Shown in pieces: positions 32,161 through 41,832 of a stretch of DNA of 64,000 nt. Under the pieces are notes generated by a model that was given only the letters and a program-made list of their open reading frames with translations, made no database searches and was not told where the DNA came from. Source of the stretch: Methanobacteriota archaeon (GTDB lineage Archaea; Halobacteriota; Bog-38; Methanoflorentales; Methanoflorentaceae); contig OY970393.1 of assembly GCA_963720465.1 (NCBI GenBank), forward strand, positions 2,144,001 to 2,208,000. Direction: 5' to 3'. The position numbers and the translations under genes were made by a program. The stretch's first letter is position 1. The number at the start of each line of letters is the position of its first letter.

Positions 32161-32841
32161 ATGAATATCGCCATTCTCCGGTTCGGTGGGAGTAACTGTG
32201 ATCTGGACGTTCAAAAAGCTCTGAACAATTTGAGCATTGGCGCAGAACTTGTCTGGTACAAAGAGACCCTAGAGAGTTTTGACGGCGCGATCATCCCAGG
32301 CGGGTTTTCGTATGGGGACTACTTGCGCGCAGGTGCAATTGCGGCACGAACCGAGATTATGCAGTCAGTTGCAGAGATGGCAGCTGACGGGAAGCCCGTG
32401 TTAGGTATATGCAACGGCGCCCAAATCCTCAGCGAGTCGCACTTAGTGCCCGGCACGTTCACTCTCAATCAGTATCCGAAGTTCATCTGCAGGTGGGTGA
32501 AACTCAGAACATTCGGCAAGTCTGCGTTCACCGCACTTTCGAACGCGTTAGTTGACCTTCCTATAGCGCACAAAGAGGGGCGATACGTCGCTGACCCAAG
32601 GCTGCTCAAAGAGCTTTACGAAAATGATCAGGTCGTTTTTAAGTACGTTGATGACACGGGACGCCCCACTTTGGCTGCAAACCCCAACGGCTCGCTCGAT
32701 AATATCGCTGGAATAAGTAATTTAGAAAAAAATGTGCTTGCAATGATGCCGCATCCCGAACGAGCGTCACAGAAATTTCTCGGTTCTGCTGACGGGAATG
32801 CCATCTTTGAATCGATGGTTCGATATATCAAGGCCATTTGA
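32161..32841 (+). CDS. purQ: FGAM synthase subunit PurQ
   Basis: GSNCD, PGGFSYGDYLRAG, GICNG, MPHPER. Confidence 0.97.
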   Translation: MNIAILRFGGSNCDLDVQKALNNLSIGAELVWYKETLESFDGAIIPGGFSYGDYLRAGAIAARTEIMQSVAEMAADGKPVLGICNGAQILSESHLVPGTFTLNQYPKFICRWVKLRTFGKSAFTALSNALVDLPIAHKEGRYVADPRLLKELYENDQVVFKYVDDTGRPTLAANPNGSLDNIAGISNLEKNVLAMMPHPERASQKFLGSADGNAIFESMVRYIKAI

Positions 32842-32888
32842 GACGCAGGTTCTCGCGAGCGTTACGTTTGCGCGCAGGCAGATCGTTT

Positions 32889-33836
32889 TCAAATTAGAGG
32901 GGTCCACCACCATTCGTTCTCTTGATACCATCGAGCGACTTGCGTCAATCCGTCTTCAAATGAAATCTCGGGTTGCCATCCAAGAGACTTTATCTTCGAA
33001 CAGTCTAAGGAATACCTCTGGTCGTGTCCGAGCCGGTTCGTTGTGAAAGAAATGAGCGTTGAAGGCTTTCCCACTAGCTGAAGTATGGCTTTCGTTATGT
33101 CTAAGTTGCTCCTCTCGTTACCGGCGCCAATGTTATACGTCTCGCCCGTTTTGCCCATTTGGCGAACGCAGTCTATCGCTGCACAATTATCTGCAACGTG
33201 TATCCAGTCTCGGACGTTGTCTCCCCGGCCATAAACCGTCAGCTCGCGGTTCCTCATAGCGCTTGTGAGAAAGCGAGGAATCAGTTTTTCGGGGTGCTGA
33301 TACGGCCCGTAGTTGTTTGAGCTGCGGGTAATAACGCAGGGAAAATCGTACGTCGTGAAATAGGATGACGCCAACAAGTCGGCTCCAGCCTTGCTTGCTG
33401 CATAGGGACTTGATGGATGCAAACTATCCGTCTCCTTAAACGATCCGTGATCAACGCTTCCATACACTTCATCCGTCGATATCTGAACGAATCGCTCAAT
33501 TGGATAATCTTTGGCCGCCGCTAGCAAGACGTGAGTCCCAAGGACATCCGTTTGAACGAAAGCAGTTGAACTCGTAATAGACCTATCGACGTGCGTCTCG
33601 GCCGCAAAGTTAATAACACAGTCACAATCTTTTAGCAACTGCTTGACAATTGTTTCGTCGCAAATATCACCTTTGACGAATTCAATGTCAGTTAGCACGT
33701 CTTTCAGGCTGCTCATATTGCCTGCGTACGTCAATTTGTCTAGGACTACGATTTCTGCTTCATTGTGCTTAGACAACATATAGCGCACGAAATTGCTGCC
33801 TATGAAGCCCGCGCCACCCGTGATTAATAGTCGCAT
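32889..33836 (-). CDS. rfbB: dTDP-glucose 4,6-dehydratase
   Basis: TGGAGFIGS, AAETHVDRS, STDEVYG, YAASK, GHDQRY; start trimmed to ATG 33836. Confidence 0.95.
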   Translation of the reverse strand: MRLLITGGAGFIGSNFVRYMLSKHNEAEIVVLDKLTYAGNMSSLKDVLTDIEFVKGDICDETIVKQLLKDCDCVINFAAETHVDRSITSSTAFVQTDVLGTHVLLAAAKDYPIERFVQISTDEVYGSVDHGSFKETDSLHPSSPYAASKAGADLLASSYFTTYDFPCVITRSSNNYGPYQHPEKLIPRFLTSAMRNRELTVYGRGDNVRDWIHVADNCAAIDCVRQMGKTGETYNIGAGNERSNLDITKAILQLVGKPSTLISFTTNRLGHDQRYSLDCSKIKSLGWQPEISFEDGLTQVARWYQENEWWWTPLI

Positions 33837-34148
33837 AATTCCTCGTTTCAGTCTTCCCTTCTTTCTCGCAAATGAGCTGCGACACGGCAAATAGTTCAAG
33901 GAGCCTTTGTGCAGAGGTTTCTTAATTCTTTTGATGAAAATCGCATTTGAGAATACGAGGATCTTGATTTGCTCTAAAAAATGAGCGTCGGGAGATGTCA
34001 AAGATCATGTTAGCAATATTAGGGGGTTACTAGCTCACGACCGCGCTTTGGACCGGTCAGAAACAAATATATTTTATAACGCGTATCGTAGCAAGCGTTG
34101 CGAAAATACGCCGTGCTTTGCGATATTCTGCAACAACTTTGTATGCAA

Positions 34149-34241
34149 GCTCCGGTAGTGTAGCACGGCCAATCATGTTGGCCTTTCGAACTCAAGCAGT
34201 GAAGCAAGCCAACGACTCGGGTTCAAATCCCGACCGGAGCA
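34149..34241 (+). tRNA. tRNA-Glu(TTC) with 18-nt intron at 37/38 (34189-34206)
   Basis: GCTCCGG...CCGGAGCA; TTGGC-CTTTCG|intron|A-GCCAA; clean bulge-helix-bulge. Confidence 0.93.
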
Positions 34242-34710
34242 TCCAGTAACTATCGTAAGCGTCTCTACGTAGCGGTGACGTGCCTCGCAATTCTCCAAAA
34301 CTGACCGAACCAAGATATTACTCGATGTAAGAGGTCCCGGGGAACTTCGTGATCCATTGCTCCGAGTGTTCCGCAGGAGTCGTGCGTTCAGGTATTTGGT
34401 TTGCAAAATGGTTTGGTACGGCGCTAACTGCAGATCACTGGGTTATGCCAAGCACGAAGTTGGGTCGGGTCTCCTCTACGTTTATCTAATTTGACTGCTT
34501 GTTGGAATTGTGGGACGGCGTCCGTACAAAAAGTGGAATTATCAAGTTTGGCGTGCAGCAGTTCAAGAGCTTCATCGCAGCGCCGAGCAACGTCTAGTAA
34601 TTATGGTCGACGGCGTATTAGCTTTGGACAGAGAGCCCCTTGGGCGAGCGTACTAAGAACCTTCTTCGAGGCCCCCTGATGCCTCAGCAAAAGTGCTATC
34701 TAGTCAAAAA

Positions 34711-34725
34711 ATAGGCTTTTATATG
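34711..34725 (+). promoter_or_regulatory. TATA box of tRNA-Leu(TAA)
   Basis: A-rich BRE followed by TTTTATAT about 25 nt upstream of the tRNA. Confidence 0.6.
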
Positions 34726-34748
34726 TCCGTTCGGTATGTCAACATAGG

Positions 34749-34849
34749 GCGGAGGTAGCCAAGCCAGGCCAAAGGCGCAGGACTTAAGAACCTTTGTTTG
34801 GGATATCCTGTTGCGAAGGCATTCGTGGGTTCGAATCCCTCCCTCCGCA
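34749..34849 (+). tRNA. tRNA-Leu(TAA) with 16-nt intron at 37/38 (34789-34804)
   Basis: GCGGAGG...CCTCCGCA; CAGGA-CTTAAG|intron|A-TCCTG; long variable arm. Confidence 0.92.
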
Positions 34850-34891
34850 CTTCTGCCAAATGATAGGGTATTTTGCTGCACCTGAACACAA

Positions 34892-35728
34892 TCAACGGAT
34901 CGCATTTGCGAGATCTCTGACAGCAGAAACGACTTCATATGGATTTGCACCCCAATGCACCACGTAACCCTTCTGTCCAAAAAGTTGGGTGGGTCCGACC
35001 CTCGCTGACTTGCAACATTTTGCAATGAAAGGCTTGCTCGGTCTTATTGTTTTCGTCGGACACATGTTGACATGTTCGAATTCTAGCCCGTGAACTCGCG
35101 CTTCGAGCACTTGTTTCGAAATGTCGCACCCCAGTAGAACGGCGTGCTCACCGATGTGAATGTCGCGGTTATTGAGGCTATTGCTCCCAATTCCTGACGC
35201 TGAACACGGATAAATCGTGGCTCCGCGTGCACTCCTTAGATCTTGTATAACTGGCGTAAAACACACGGACAAGTCCCCAAAAATGCCAGCATTGTCGAGT
35301 TTCTTGATGAGCGTGATAAGGTGTGGTGGATCTGGGGGGGATACGTCAAATACCTCAATCTCGGTTACGCTGGCGAGGTCTGGGTCGTAAACGAACGTCC
35401 AATGAAGATCAAATCCTTGATAAACGACTGCTTTTATAGGGGGCTTACACAGTCGGGTTGCTACAGTAATTAGCCTGCTTCTGTTGAAGATGTCCGTCTT
35501 GCGTCTATGCACCAGAGTTTCGGCAAAGCCTGCAATCCTTTTGGCCTTCGATATCGTTCGGATCAAGCCGTTCCCCTCCAATTCGAGTTCGTAAACCGCC
35601 ACTTTTCCTTGCCAAAACAGCAGGACATAGTGCGATGAGAAATAGACGCGCTCACCCACTGTTGGTCGAGATGTTTCATCATCGCATTCTCTCACAGCGA
35701 CGTCCTTGCAATGATCGGGAAAAATCAC
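34892..35728 (-). CDS. Cys-rich hypothetical protein
   Basis: 278 aa, 4 bp downstream of the aksF-like gene; YPC, LGC, MCP, KCC, HWG motifs. Confidence 0.75.
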   Translation of the reverse strand: MIFPDHCKDVAVRECDDETSRPTVGERVYFSSHYVLLFWQGKVAVYELELEGNGLIRTISKAKRIAGFAETLVHRRKTDIFNRSRLITVATRLCKPPIKAVVYQGFDLHWTFVYDPDLASVTEIEVFDVSPPDPPHLITLIKKLDNAGIFGDLSVCFTPVIQDLRSARGATIYPCSASGIGSNSLNNRDIHIGEHAVLLGCDISKQVLEARVHGLEFEHVNMCPTKTIRPSKPFIAKCCKSARVGPTQLFGQKGYVVHWGANPYEVVSAVRDLANAIR

Positions 35729-35732
35729 GTTG

Positions 35733-36689
35733 TCACCTTAGATTGCGTATTATTTCGCGCGCCACTTCGTCAGTCGAACTCGTGCCACCCAGGTCCCGTG
35801 TCGTGATGCCTTTGCGTATCGTCTGCTTGACTGAAACGTCTACTAAGGAGGCTTTTTCGCTTTTGCCTGCCCATTCGAGCAACATGCTAGTACTCAAAAT
35901 AGCCCCTATTGGATTTGCTATGCCACGCCCAGCGATGTGGGGCGCCGAGCCGTGCACAGGCTCAAAAATGGCGAATTTTGGTCCGATATTCGCACTCGGA
36001 CAAAGCCCGAGCCCTCCGATAAGCGCTGCAGCTTCATCGGACAGAATATCGCCAAATAAGTTCGACGTCAAGATGTGATCGAACATTTCAGGGTGTCTTA
36101 TGAGATTGTATGCAGCCGCGTCGACGTACATCTCGTTATAGGGCACATCTTGCTCCTGCAAAACACGTACGCAGACATCTCGAAAGAAAATATCTGACTT
36201 GAGCACGTTTGCTTTATGCACTATCGTAACGGTTTTTACGTTGCGCAAGGTGCTTGCGAACGATGCAAGCCTTTCCACATTAGCGCGAGTAACCACTCGC
36301 TGCGTGACGGCTATGTCGTCAGAAAGCTCTTCGATGCCGGAGTACAACCCCTCGAGGTTCTCTCGTATTATAGTGAGGTTCAATTCATAGGGAGTTAGAG
36401 AGTAAGATCGAAAAGGTCGTAGATTCACGAAGAGATCGAGTGTTTTTCTTAGTCTGACGAGAACGCTGCTCCCTTGAACGCTGGTTACAGCCCCCAAGAG
36501 CATACAATCCGCTTGTGTAATTAAACCGATATCCGCATCGGTTATTGGTGTGCCTTCTCTGGCCCATTTGGAGTATCCTATGTCAACTTGGATGAATTCT
36601 GGATCGTTCAATAATAAAGTGAGAATCTCAACACAAGGAGGTATGACCTCTTTGCCGACTCCATCTCCCTCAGCAACAGCTATTATCAT
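35733..36689 (-). CDS. aksF: Homoisocitrate/isopropylmalate dehydrogenase family (AksF-like)
   Basis: EGDGVGKEV, RENLEGLY, HKANVL, NLFGDILSDEAA, FEPVHGSAP; adjacent to hacA/hacB/aksA. Confidence 0.75.
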   Translation of the reverse strand: MIIAVAEGDGVGKEVIPPCVEILTLLLNDPEFIQVDIGYSKWAREGTPITDADIGLITQADCMLLGAVTSVQGSSVLVRLRKTLDLFVNLRPFRSYSLTPYELNLTIIRENLEGLYSGIEELSDDIAVTQRVVTRANVERLASFASTLRNVKTVTIVHKANVLKSDIFFRDVCVRVLQEQDVPYNEMYVDAAAYNLIRHPEMFDHILTSNLFGDILSDEAAALIGGLGLCPSANIGPKFAIFEPVHGSAPHIAGRGIANPIGAILSTSMLLEWAGKSEKASLVDVSVKQTIRKGITTRDLGGTSSTDEVAREIIRNLR

Positions 36690-36732
36690 ATGCACTGAGT
36701 AGCAAACCGCTTGATGCATCCGCGTAGACCCG

Positions 36733-37239
36733 TTAAGGATCGCTCACTGGCGGACTCGCGTTGCGTGGATGCCTCTTTCTATGTTCGACTAACCCACCAT
36801 CTTGGAGGATCTCCTGCAGGAATTTAGGGAGCTCCTCACCTTGTACGACCCTGCTGCGGGTTCTCACAAGCCCGGAAGATAAGTCGACCTCAATCTCATC
36901 ACCCGCTGTAACAGAATCAAGAACGTCTGCTTCGATAATTGGCAAGCCCACGTTGATTGCATTCCTGAAAAAGATCCGAGCGAAAGATTTCGCAACGACA
37001 CATCCGATCTTGGCGTATTTGAGCGCGAGCGCTGCTTGCTCTCGTGATGACCCGCAACCGAAGTTCTTGCCGGCAACTATTATATCCCCTTCACGCGGCG
37101 AAAATTCCGTGCCAAACCCTTCCATTGCGTGTTGTGCGAAGACGTTAACGTCAGTTGTTCTCAGATACTTGCCGGGTATGATCAAATCAGTGTTGACATT
37201 ATCGCCGTACTTCCACACTTTTCCCTTGATGCGCATCAT
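36733..37239 (-). CDS. hacB: Homoaconitase small subunit (AksE/HacB)
   Basis: [28 protein letters not shown]; the YLRT loop is typical of methanogen homoaconitase. Confidence 0.85.
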   Translation of the reverse strand: MMRIKGKVWKYGDNVNTDLIIPGKYLRTTDVNVFAQHAMEGFGTEFSPREGDIIVAGKNFGCGSSREQAALALKYAKIGCVVAKSFARIFFRNAINVGLPIIEADVLDSVTAGDEIEVDLSSGLVRTRSRVVQGEELPKFLQEILQDGGLVEHRKRHPRNASPPVSDP

Positions 37240-37347
37240 AGTCTATTTGAAGATGTGGCGATATAAAACATACGGGGGATTGCTACGCTTCGGCTGTGAG
37301 CGTAAAGCTGAAAAAATGTTTAATAGTTCCGAAACAACTTCGTTGCC

Positions 37348-37683
37348 ATGTCATTGCTATTGTCCGCGCAGGAAGAGTACCTAATTAATCAAAAGAAAGC
37401 TTTTCTCACCCACAAGGTCAAGCACAACGCGCAAGAGATTGAACAAGAGATCGACGAAAGAATGTGGAAGCTAGACGTCGAAAAAATCGACACCAGTGAG
37501 TTCATGGCGACGCTTGTCGTGCGAGAACCCATGATCTCAATCAGTACCGGAGATATTGTGACCTACCGAGGTGTCCCGAGAAAATTCACGGTTAGAAGCC
37601 CATCGCTTGAATATCTCCTCGATGCCGTTGAAAAGATCCTCATGGAACAAATTGAGGAAATCAAGAGATACGCCGGCGTTTGA
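37348..37683 (+). CDS. Hypothetical protein
   Basis: 111 aa ATG ORF filling the hacB-hacA gap, with an upstream TTTAATA; protein-like composition. Confidence 0.65.
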   Translation: MSLLLSAQEEYLINQKKAFLTHKVKHNAQEIEQEIDERMWKLDVEKIDTSEFMATLVVREPMISISTGDIVTYRGVPRKFTVRSPSLEYLLDAVEKILMEQIEEIKRYAGV

Positions 37684-37710
37684 ATCCCCTGATAAAAAGA
37701 GTAATAGGCT

Positions 37711-38976
37711 CTATAATTGCCGCGGATCAGCGATCTCGCCTTTGAGGGCCGTCGCCGCGGCGGTGGCGGGAGAGGCAAGGTAAACGAGCCCCTCAGCACC
37801 CATTCTCCCCTTGAAATTTCTGTTGGAAGTAGAAAGACAAGCCTCTCCCCGTCCCAAAACCCCGTTATGCGCGCCGAGACATGGCCCGCACCCGGGACTG
37901 CAAACGGTAGCTCCGGCTTGAATTAATGTCTCCAGGACCCCCGTTCGTATAGAATTTAATAGCACGAGCTTCGACGCTGGAACGATGATCGTCCGTACGG
38001 CAACTGTCTCACCGCGTAGAATGGTCGCTGCCGCCTGAAGATCTTCAAAACGTCCATTAGTGCACGAACCTATGAACACTTGGTCAATAGCTGTACCTGC
38101 TACCTCTTCGACATCTTTCACGTTGTCCACCTGATGGGGACAAGCGACCTGAGGCCCCAAGTCATCGACCTTGACGTTCAGTTCATCGGCGTACACGGCA
38201 TTGTCATCAGAGTAACAAGGCTGGTACTCCGCTTGGGGTGTAAGGCGCTTGAGGTACGCAAAAGTCTTGTGATCTGGGGGTACAATGCCTGCCTTCGCGC
38301 CTACTTCCACTGCCATATTGCTCAAAGTAAGCCTACTTTCCAAAGTCAGGTCGCCTGTCGTCGTGCCATAGAATTCCAAAGCTTTGTAGGACGCGCCATC
38401 GGCCCCCATAATCCCTGCAATGTTAAGAATCACGTCTTTCGCGCTTACATGGTCTCTGAGTTTTCCGTCGAGAACAATTCTCAGCGTTTCAGGCACCTTT
38501 AACCACAGCGTTCCTGTTGCAAACACCTCTGCTATATCGGTCGCACCCACTCCGGTTGCGAAAGTTCCTAATGCTCCGTATGTGCACGAGTGAGAATCAG
38601 CTCCGACAACCAAGGTGCCTGGAAGGGCAAGCCCGTGCTCAACCATCAGTTGATGGCATATCCCGTCACCGACGTCAAAGAAGTTCGTAATTCCGTGGCA
38701 TTTTGTCCACGTCCGGATCGTTTTTTGAAGGGTTGCGGCTACCTCAGTGCTGGCTGGGGCAATATGGTCAAAGATAATGGCGATCCTTTGTGGGTCCCAA
38801 ACAGAGGTAGCGCCCATGTCCTCAAATGCTTTTACGCCAAGCACACTCGTGCCATCATGGGCCATTGCTGCATCAACGCGCCCCAGAATAAAATCCTTGG
38901 CGCTTGCCGCTTTTCCTGACGCCCTGGAGAGAATCTTCTCGCTAATGGTTCTTGGGGCATCCAAAGTGCTGTTCAC
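37711..38976 (-). CDS. hacA: Homoaconitase large subunit (AksD/HacA)
   Basis: [45 protein letters not shown]. Confidence 0.85.
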   Translation of the reverse strand: MNSTLDAPRTISEKILSRASGKAASAKDFILGRVDAAMAHDGTSVLGVKAFEDMGATSVWDPQRIAIIFDHIAPASTEVAATLQKTIRTWTKCHGITNFFDVGDGICHQLMVEHGLALPGTLVVGADSHSCTYGALGTFATGVGATDIAEVFATGTLWLKVPETLRIVLDGKLRDHVSAKDVILNIAGIMGADGASYKALEFYGTTTGDLTLESRLTLSNMAVEVGAKAGIVPPDHKTFAYLKRLTPQAEYQPCYSDDNAVYADELNVKVDDLGPQVACPHQVDNVKDVEEVAGTAIDQVFIGSCTNGRFEDLQAAATILRGETVAVRTIIVPASKLVLLNSIRTGVLETLIQAGATVCSPGCGPCLGAHNGVLGRGEACLSTSNRNFKGRMGAEGLVYLASPATAAATALKGEIADPRQL

Positions 38977-39140
38977 CGCGTACTATTGCTGCCCGTGGAT
39001 TATCAACCTATGGATGTTTTGCCCGTCAACCAGCGAAGATGCGTTGGAGTGCCGACTTCGATCTCAGCAACTAGCGTGACGCCGGACGGCCCGCGTGGAC
39101 TGGTCGATCTGAAGACCAACAACATATTTAAGTTGCGGCT

Positions 39141-40331
39141 ATGAATGTGTACAGCGAAATTCCATCAGGATCGTTTATGGATCACTTTGGATCTTCTTCA
39201 TTGCCTAAGGCAGTTATTGGCCCGATAGAGATTTGTGACGTCACGCTGCGTGACGGTGAGCAGGCTCCTGGCGTCGTTTTTGGTGTTGACGAAAAAGTTG
39301 AGATTGCGACCAAGCTGGATGCAATTGGCGTTGAGATGATAGAAGCGGGATTTCCCGCCGTTTCAGCGAAAGAGAAGGTTATGGTGAAAGAAATTGCTAA
39401 TTTGGGTCTAAACACCAAGATATGCTGCCTTTCGCGAGCGATTTTCCACGACATCGATGAAGCGTTAGATTGCGATGTAGATGTGGTGGGACTGTTTATG
39501 GCTACGTCAGATCTGCATCTCAAGTACAAGTATCATCGCAGCTTTGATGAAATGCTGGAGTGCGCCCTGTCAACGCTCGAATATGCAAAGGAACACGGGC
39601 TCATTGTGAGGTTTGCGGCAGAAGACGCGACTAGGACCGATCCAGAAGTGCTCAAGCGCTTTTTTAGACAAGGTGAGGATCACGGGGCCGATTACGTTAA
39701 CATCGCAGATACGGTGGGTGCACTGAGACCGTCTACGTGCTATGATCTGGTGTCTGCGATGAAAACGGTCGTTAACGTGCCGCTTTGTATTCATTGCCAT
39801 AACGATCTCGGCATGGCCGTAGCAAACACTATCACGGCTGCAGAAGCCGGGACGTTTCAACTCCACACGACGGTGAACGGGATAGGAGAACGAGTCGGAA
39901 ATACCCCGCTTGAGGAACTGCTTGTCGCGCTGCGCCTACAGTTTGGAGTCGATACATACGACCTTTCGAAATTGATGGCGCTGTCCAAAACAGTCGAACA
40001 TCATTCACGGTTGCGTTTGCCGAAGAACAAACCGGTCGTCGGCTTGAATGCATTCTCTCACGAATCCGGCATACACGTAGCGGCTGTGCTCGAGGAGTCC
40101 GAGACGTATGAACTATTCTCGCCTGACTTAGTGGGCAACAAGAGACGGATCGTCATTGGCAAGCACACCGGAAAAAAAGCCCTGCAGTATGTCATCGCGC
40201 AGTTAGGCTATCGTCCGACCCGAGATGAGCTCTGTCAGATCCTCGACGACGTAAAACGCGTTTGTGAAACAAAGAAATCAGTCTCTCAGGAGGAGCTCGA
40301 GGATATAATTAGAACCGTGATGTACCGTTAG
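39141..40331 (+). CDS. aksA: Homocitrate synthase family (AksA-like)
   Basis: DVTLRDGEQ, EDATR, HCHNDLG, HESGIH, GKHTG; no LeuA regulatory domain. Confidence 0.8.
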   Translation: MNVYSEIPSGSFMDHFGSSSLPKAVIGPIEICDVTLRDGEQAPGVVFGVDEKVEIATKLDAIGVEMIEAGFPAVSAKEKVMVKEIANLGLNTKICCLSRAIFHDIDEALDCDVDVVGLFMATSDLHLKYKYHRSFDEMLECALSTLEYAKEHGLIVRFAAEDATRTDPEVLKRFFRQGEDHGADYVNIADTVGALRPSTCYDLVSAMKTVVNVPLCIHCHNDLGMAVANTITAAEAGTFQLHTTVNGIGERVGNTPLEELLVALRLQFGVDTYDLSKLMALSKTVEHHSRLRLPKNKPVVGLNAFSHESGIHVAAVLEESETYELFSPDLVGNKRRIVIGKHTGKKALQYVIAQLGYRPTRDELCQILDDVKRVCETKKSVSQEELEDIIRTVMYR

Positions 40332-41832
40332 CCCCGGAGTTTTGACGAGGACCGTATTTTGAGCAGGCGGCTCGTATGACGACGACGAGCGTTCCTGTAG
40401 AGTCGCTTGCGGCTTGCAGAAGATCTGCATATGACATTTCATTCATGTCCGTTGCGTTCACTAACTTGTAAGTGATACCGTAGTTTCGGCACACGGCACC
40501 GACCAAATCAGAGATCTCGGGCGTCGGCTGCCCGCCCGTTATGGCTGATATTCGGTTTTCGAGTACGAACACTTTTACATTCCGCTTAAACACTGCCGCG
40601 CTTATTAGTGCGGCGATGCCGCTATGTAAGAACGCGTAATCTCCTAGTATTGCAAGTCCGCCTTGTTCAAACCCCGAAGCCACGCCAATTGCTGAGCCGA
40701 GTGAATATGCTGCGTCAATCAGTTTAAAAGGTGGATTGGCTGTCCGTATTACGCAGCCCATGTCCCCTGCAATCATCGCATCAACTTGGGCGAGAGCGCG
40801 GTAGAAAGGCAAGAAGGGGCAATCATCGCAGATGTCTTCCGTATAACGTCTGGTTTCGAGTGTCTCAACATCAAACCTTGCCGTTATATAATCTGCCTCA
40901 ATATAGGCCAACGCTTTAGTCACATCGTTTGACGTAAGTTCCCCGAAACGGGGAACGTGCCCAGACAGTTTGCCGAGGACTTTCGCGTGAACAGATTCTT
41001 CAACAAGCGGTGACCCCTCTTCAACGACTATGACCCGGTTGTGCTTTTTGAGAAACGAATCAGTTCGGCGCTGACATAGCGGGTTGACTACGCCGAGTCT
41101 AAGGTGTGCTACGTCGTGTCGTCCCTGGATTGCATCATCCACCAGCGTTGATGCATAGCCTGCAGAAATAATGCCGATGGCGCCGTCGCCGTCTTCTTCG
41201 TTGAGATCTGTCGTTTCAGCAAATTGCAGCATCTTAGGATACGTGTGTCTGAGAAAATACTGATGTCTACCCAAATGCGTGAGGTTCCAGATGCTCTTAT
41301 CGATGCTCTTACTGACGCGTCGTGCAGGTGGCACCCTCTCAACTACGCCACCGGTATTCAGAAGCCTGCCTGTTATTCTTACGATTATCGGCACTGAGAG
41401 TAGTGCGGATAGTTCAAAAGCCTCTAGCGCACAATCATACGCATTACGGGCGCTGTATGGATCCATCACCGGGATTTCGGCTATCTTACCGTAATATCTC
41501 GAATCCTGCTCGTTTTGCGAAAGTTTTGCACCTGGATCGTCGCCTGCGATTACGACTAGCCCAGCACCTATTCCGTGAGTGGCCGCGGTAATCAAGGAGT
41601 CCGACGCCACATTCAATCCAACGTGTTTCGTTACAAAAACTGATCGTGTACCAGATGCGGCAGCCCCTAAAGCCAAATCGATCCCGACCTTCTCATTAGC
41701 AGCGGGAATCCAAATGGGCCGCAAATTTTCAATGATTTTAGTGACAGGAAATCCGATAACCCCTGTGGCTACGCCGGCGCCGGCATCGAATATCCCATAT
41801 GTAAGTGCATTTAAGCCGTCTGTTTTAAACAT
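40309..41832 (-). CDS. Indolepyruvate oxidoreductase alpha-like ThDP protein lacking the ferredoxin domain
   Basis: NEKV, KHVGLNVASD, DDPG..SQNEQDSR, CDDCP, GDMGC, GDYAFLHSG...LEN, TGGQ. Confidence 0.85.
   Translation of the reverse strand: MFKTDGLNALTYGIFDAGAGVATGVIGFPVTKIIENLRPIWIPAANEKVGIDLALGAAASGTRSVFVTKHVGLNVASDSLITAATHGIGAGLVVIAGDDPGAKLSQNEQDSRYYGKIAEIPVMDPYSARNAYDCALEAFELSALLSVPIIVRITGRLLNTGGVVERVPPARRVSKSIDKSIWNLTHLGRHQYFLRHTYPKMLQFAETTDLNEEDGDGAIGIISAGYASTLVDDAIQGRHDVAHLRLGVVNPLCQRRTDSFLKKHNRVIVVEEGSPLVEESVHAKVLGKLSGHVPRFGELTSNDVTKALAYIEADYITARFDVETLETRRYTEDICDDCPFLPFYRALAQVDAMIAGDMGCVIRTANPPFKLIDAAYSLGSAIGVASGFEQGGLAILGDYAFLHSGIAALISAAVFKRNVKVFVLENRISAITGGQPTPEISDLVGAVCRNYGITYKLVNATDMNEMSYADLLQAASDSTGTLVVVIRAACSKYGPRQNSGANGTSRF

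Noticed and set aside
33837-34001. N-terminal extension of rfbB
   Set aside because: The Rossmann motif starts right after ATG 33836, which has a GAGGA RBS.
34173-35025. Short ORFs at 34173-34406, 34491-34679 and 34696-35025
   Set aside because: Two are antisense to tRNAs; none has recognisable motifs or an RBS.
35733-40331. Reading the cluster as plain leuABCD
   Set aside because: The YLRT small-subunit loop and a synthase lacking the LeuA regulatory domain favour Aks/homoaconitase, although phylogeny is needed to exclude it fully.
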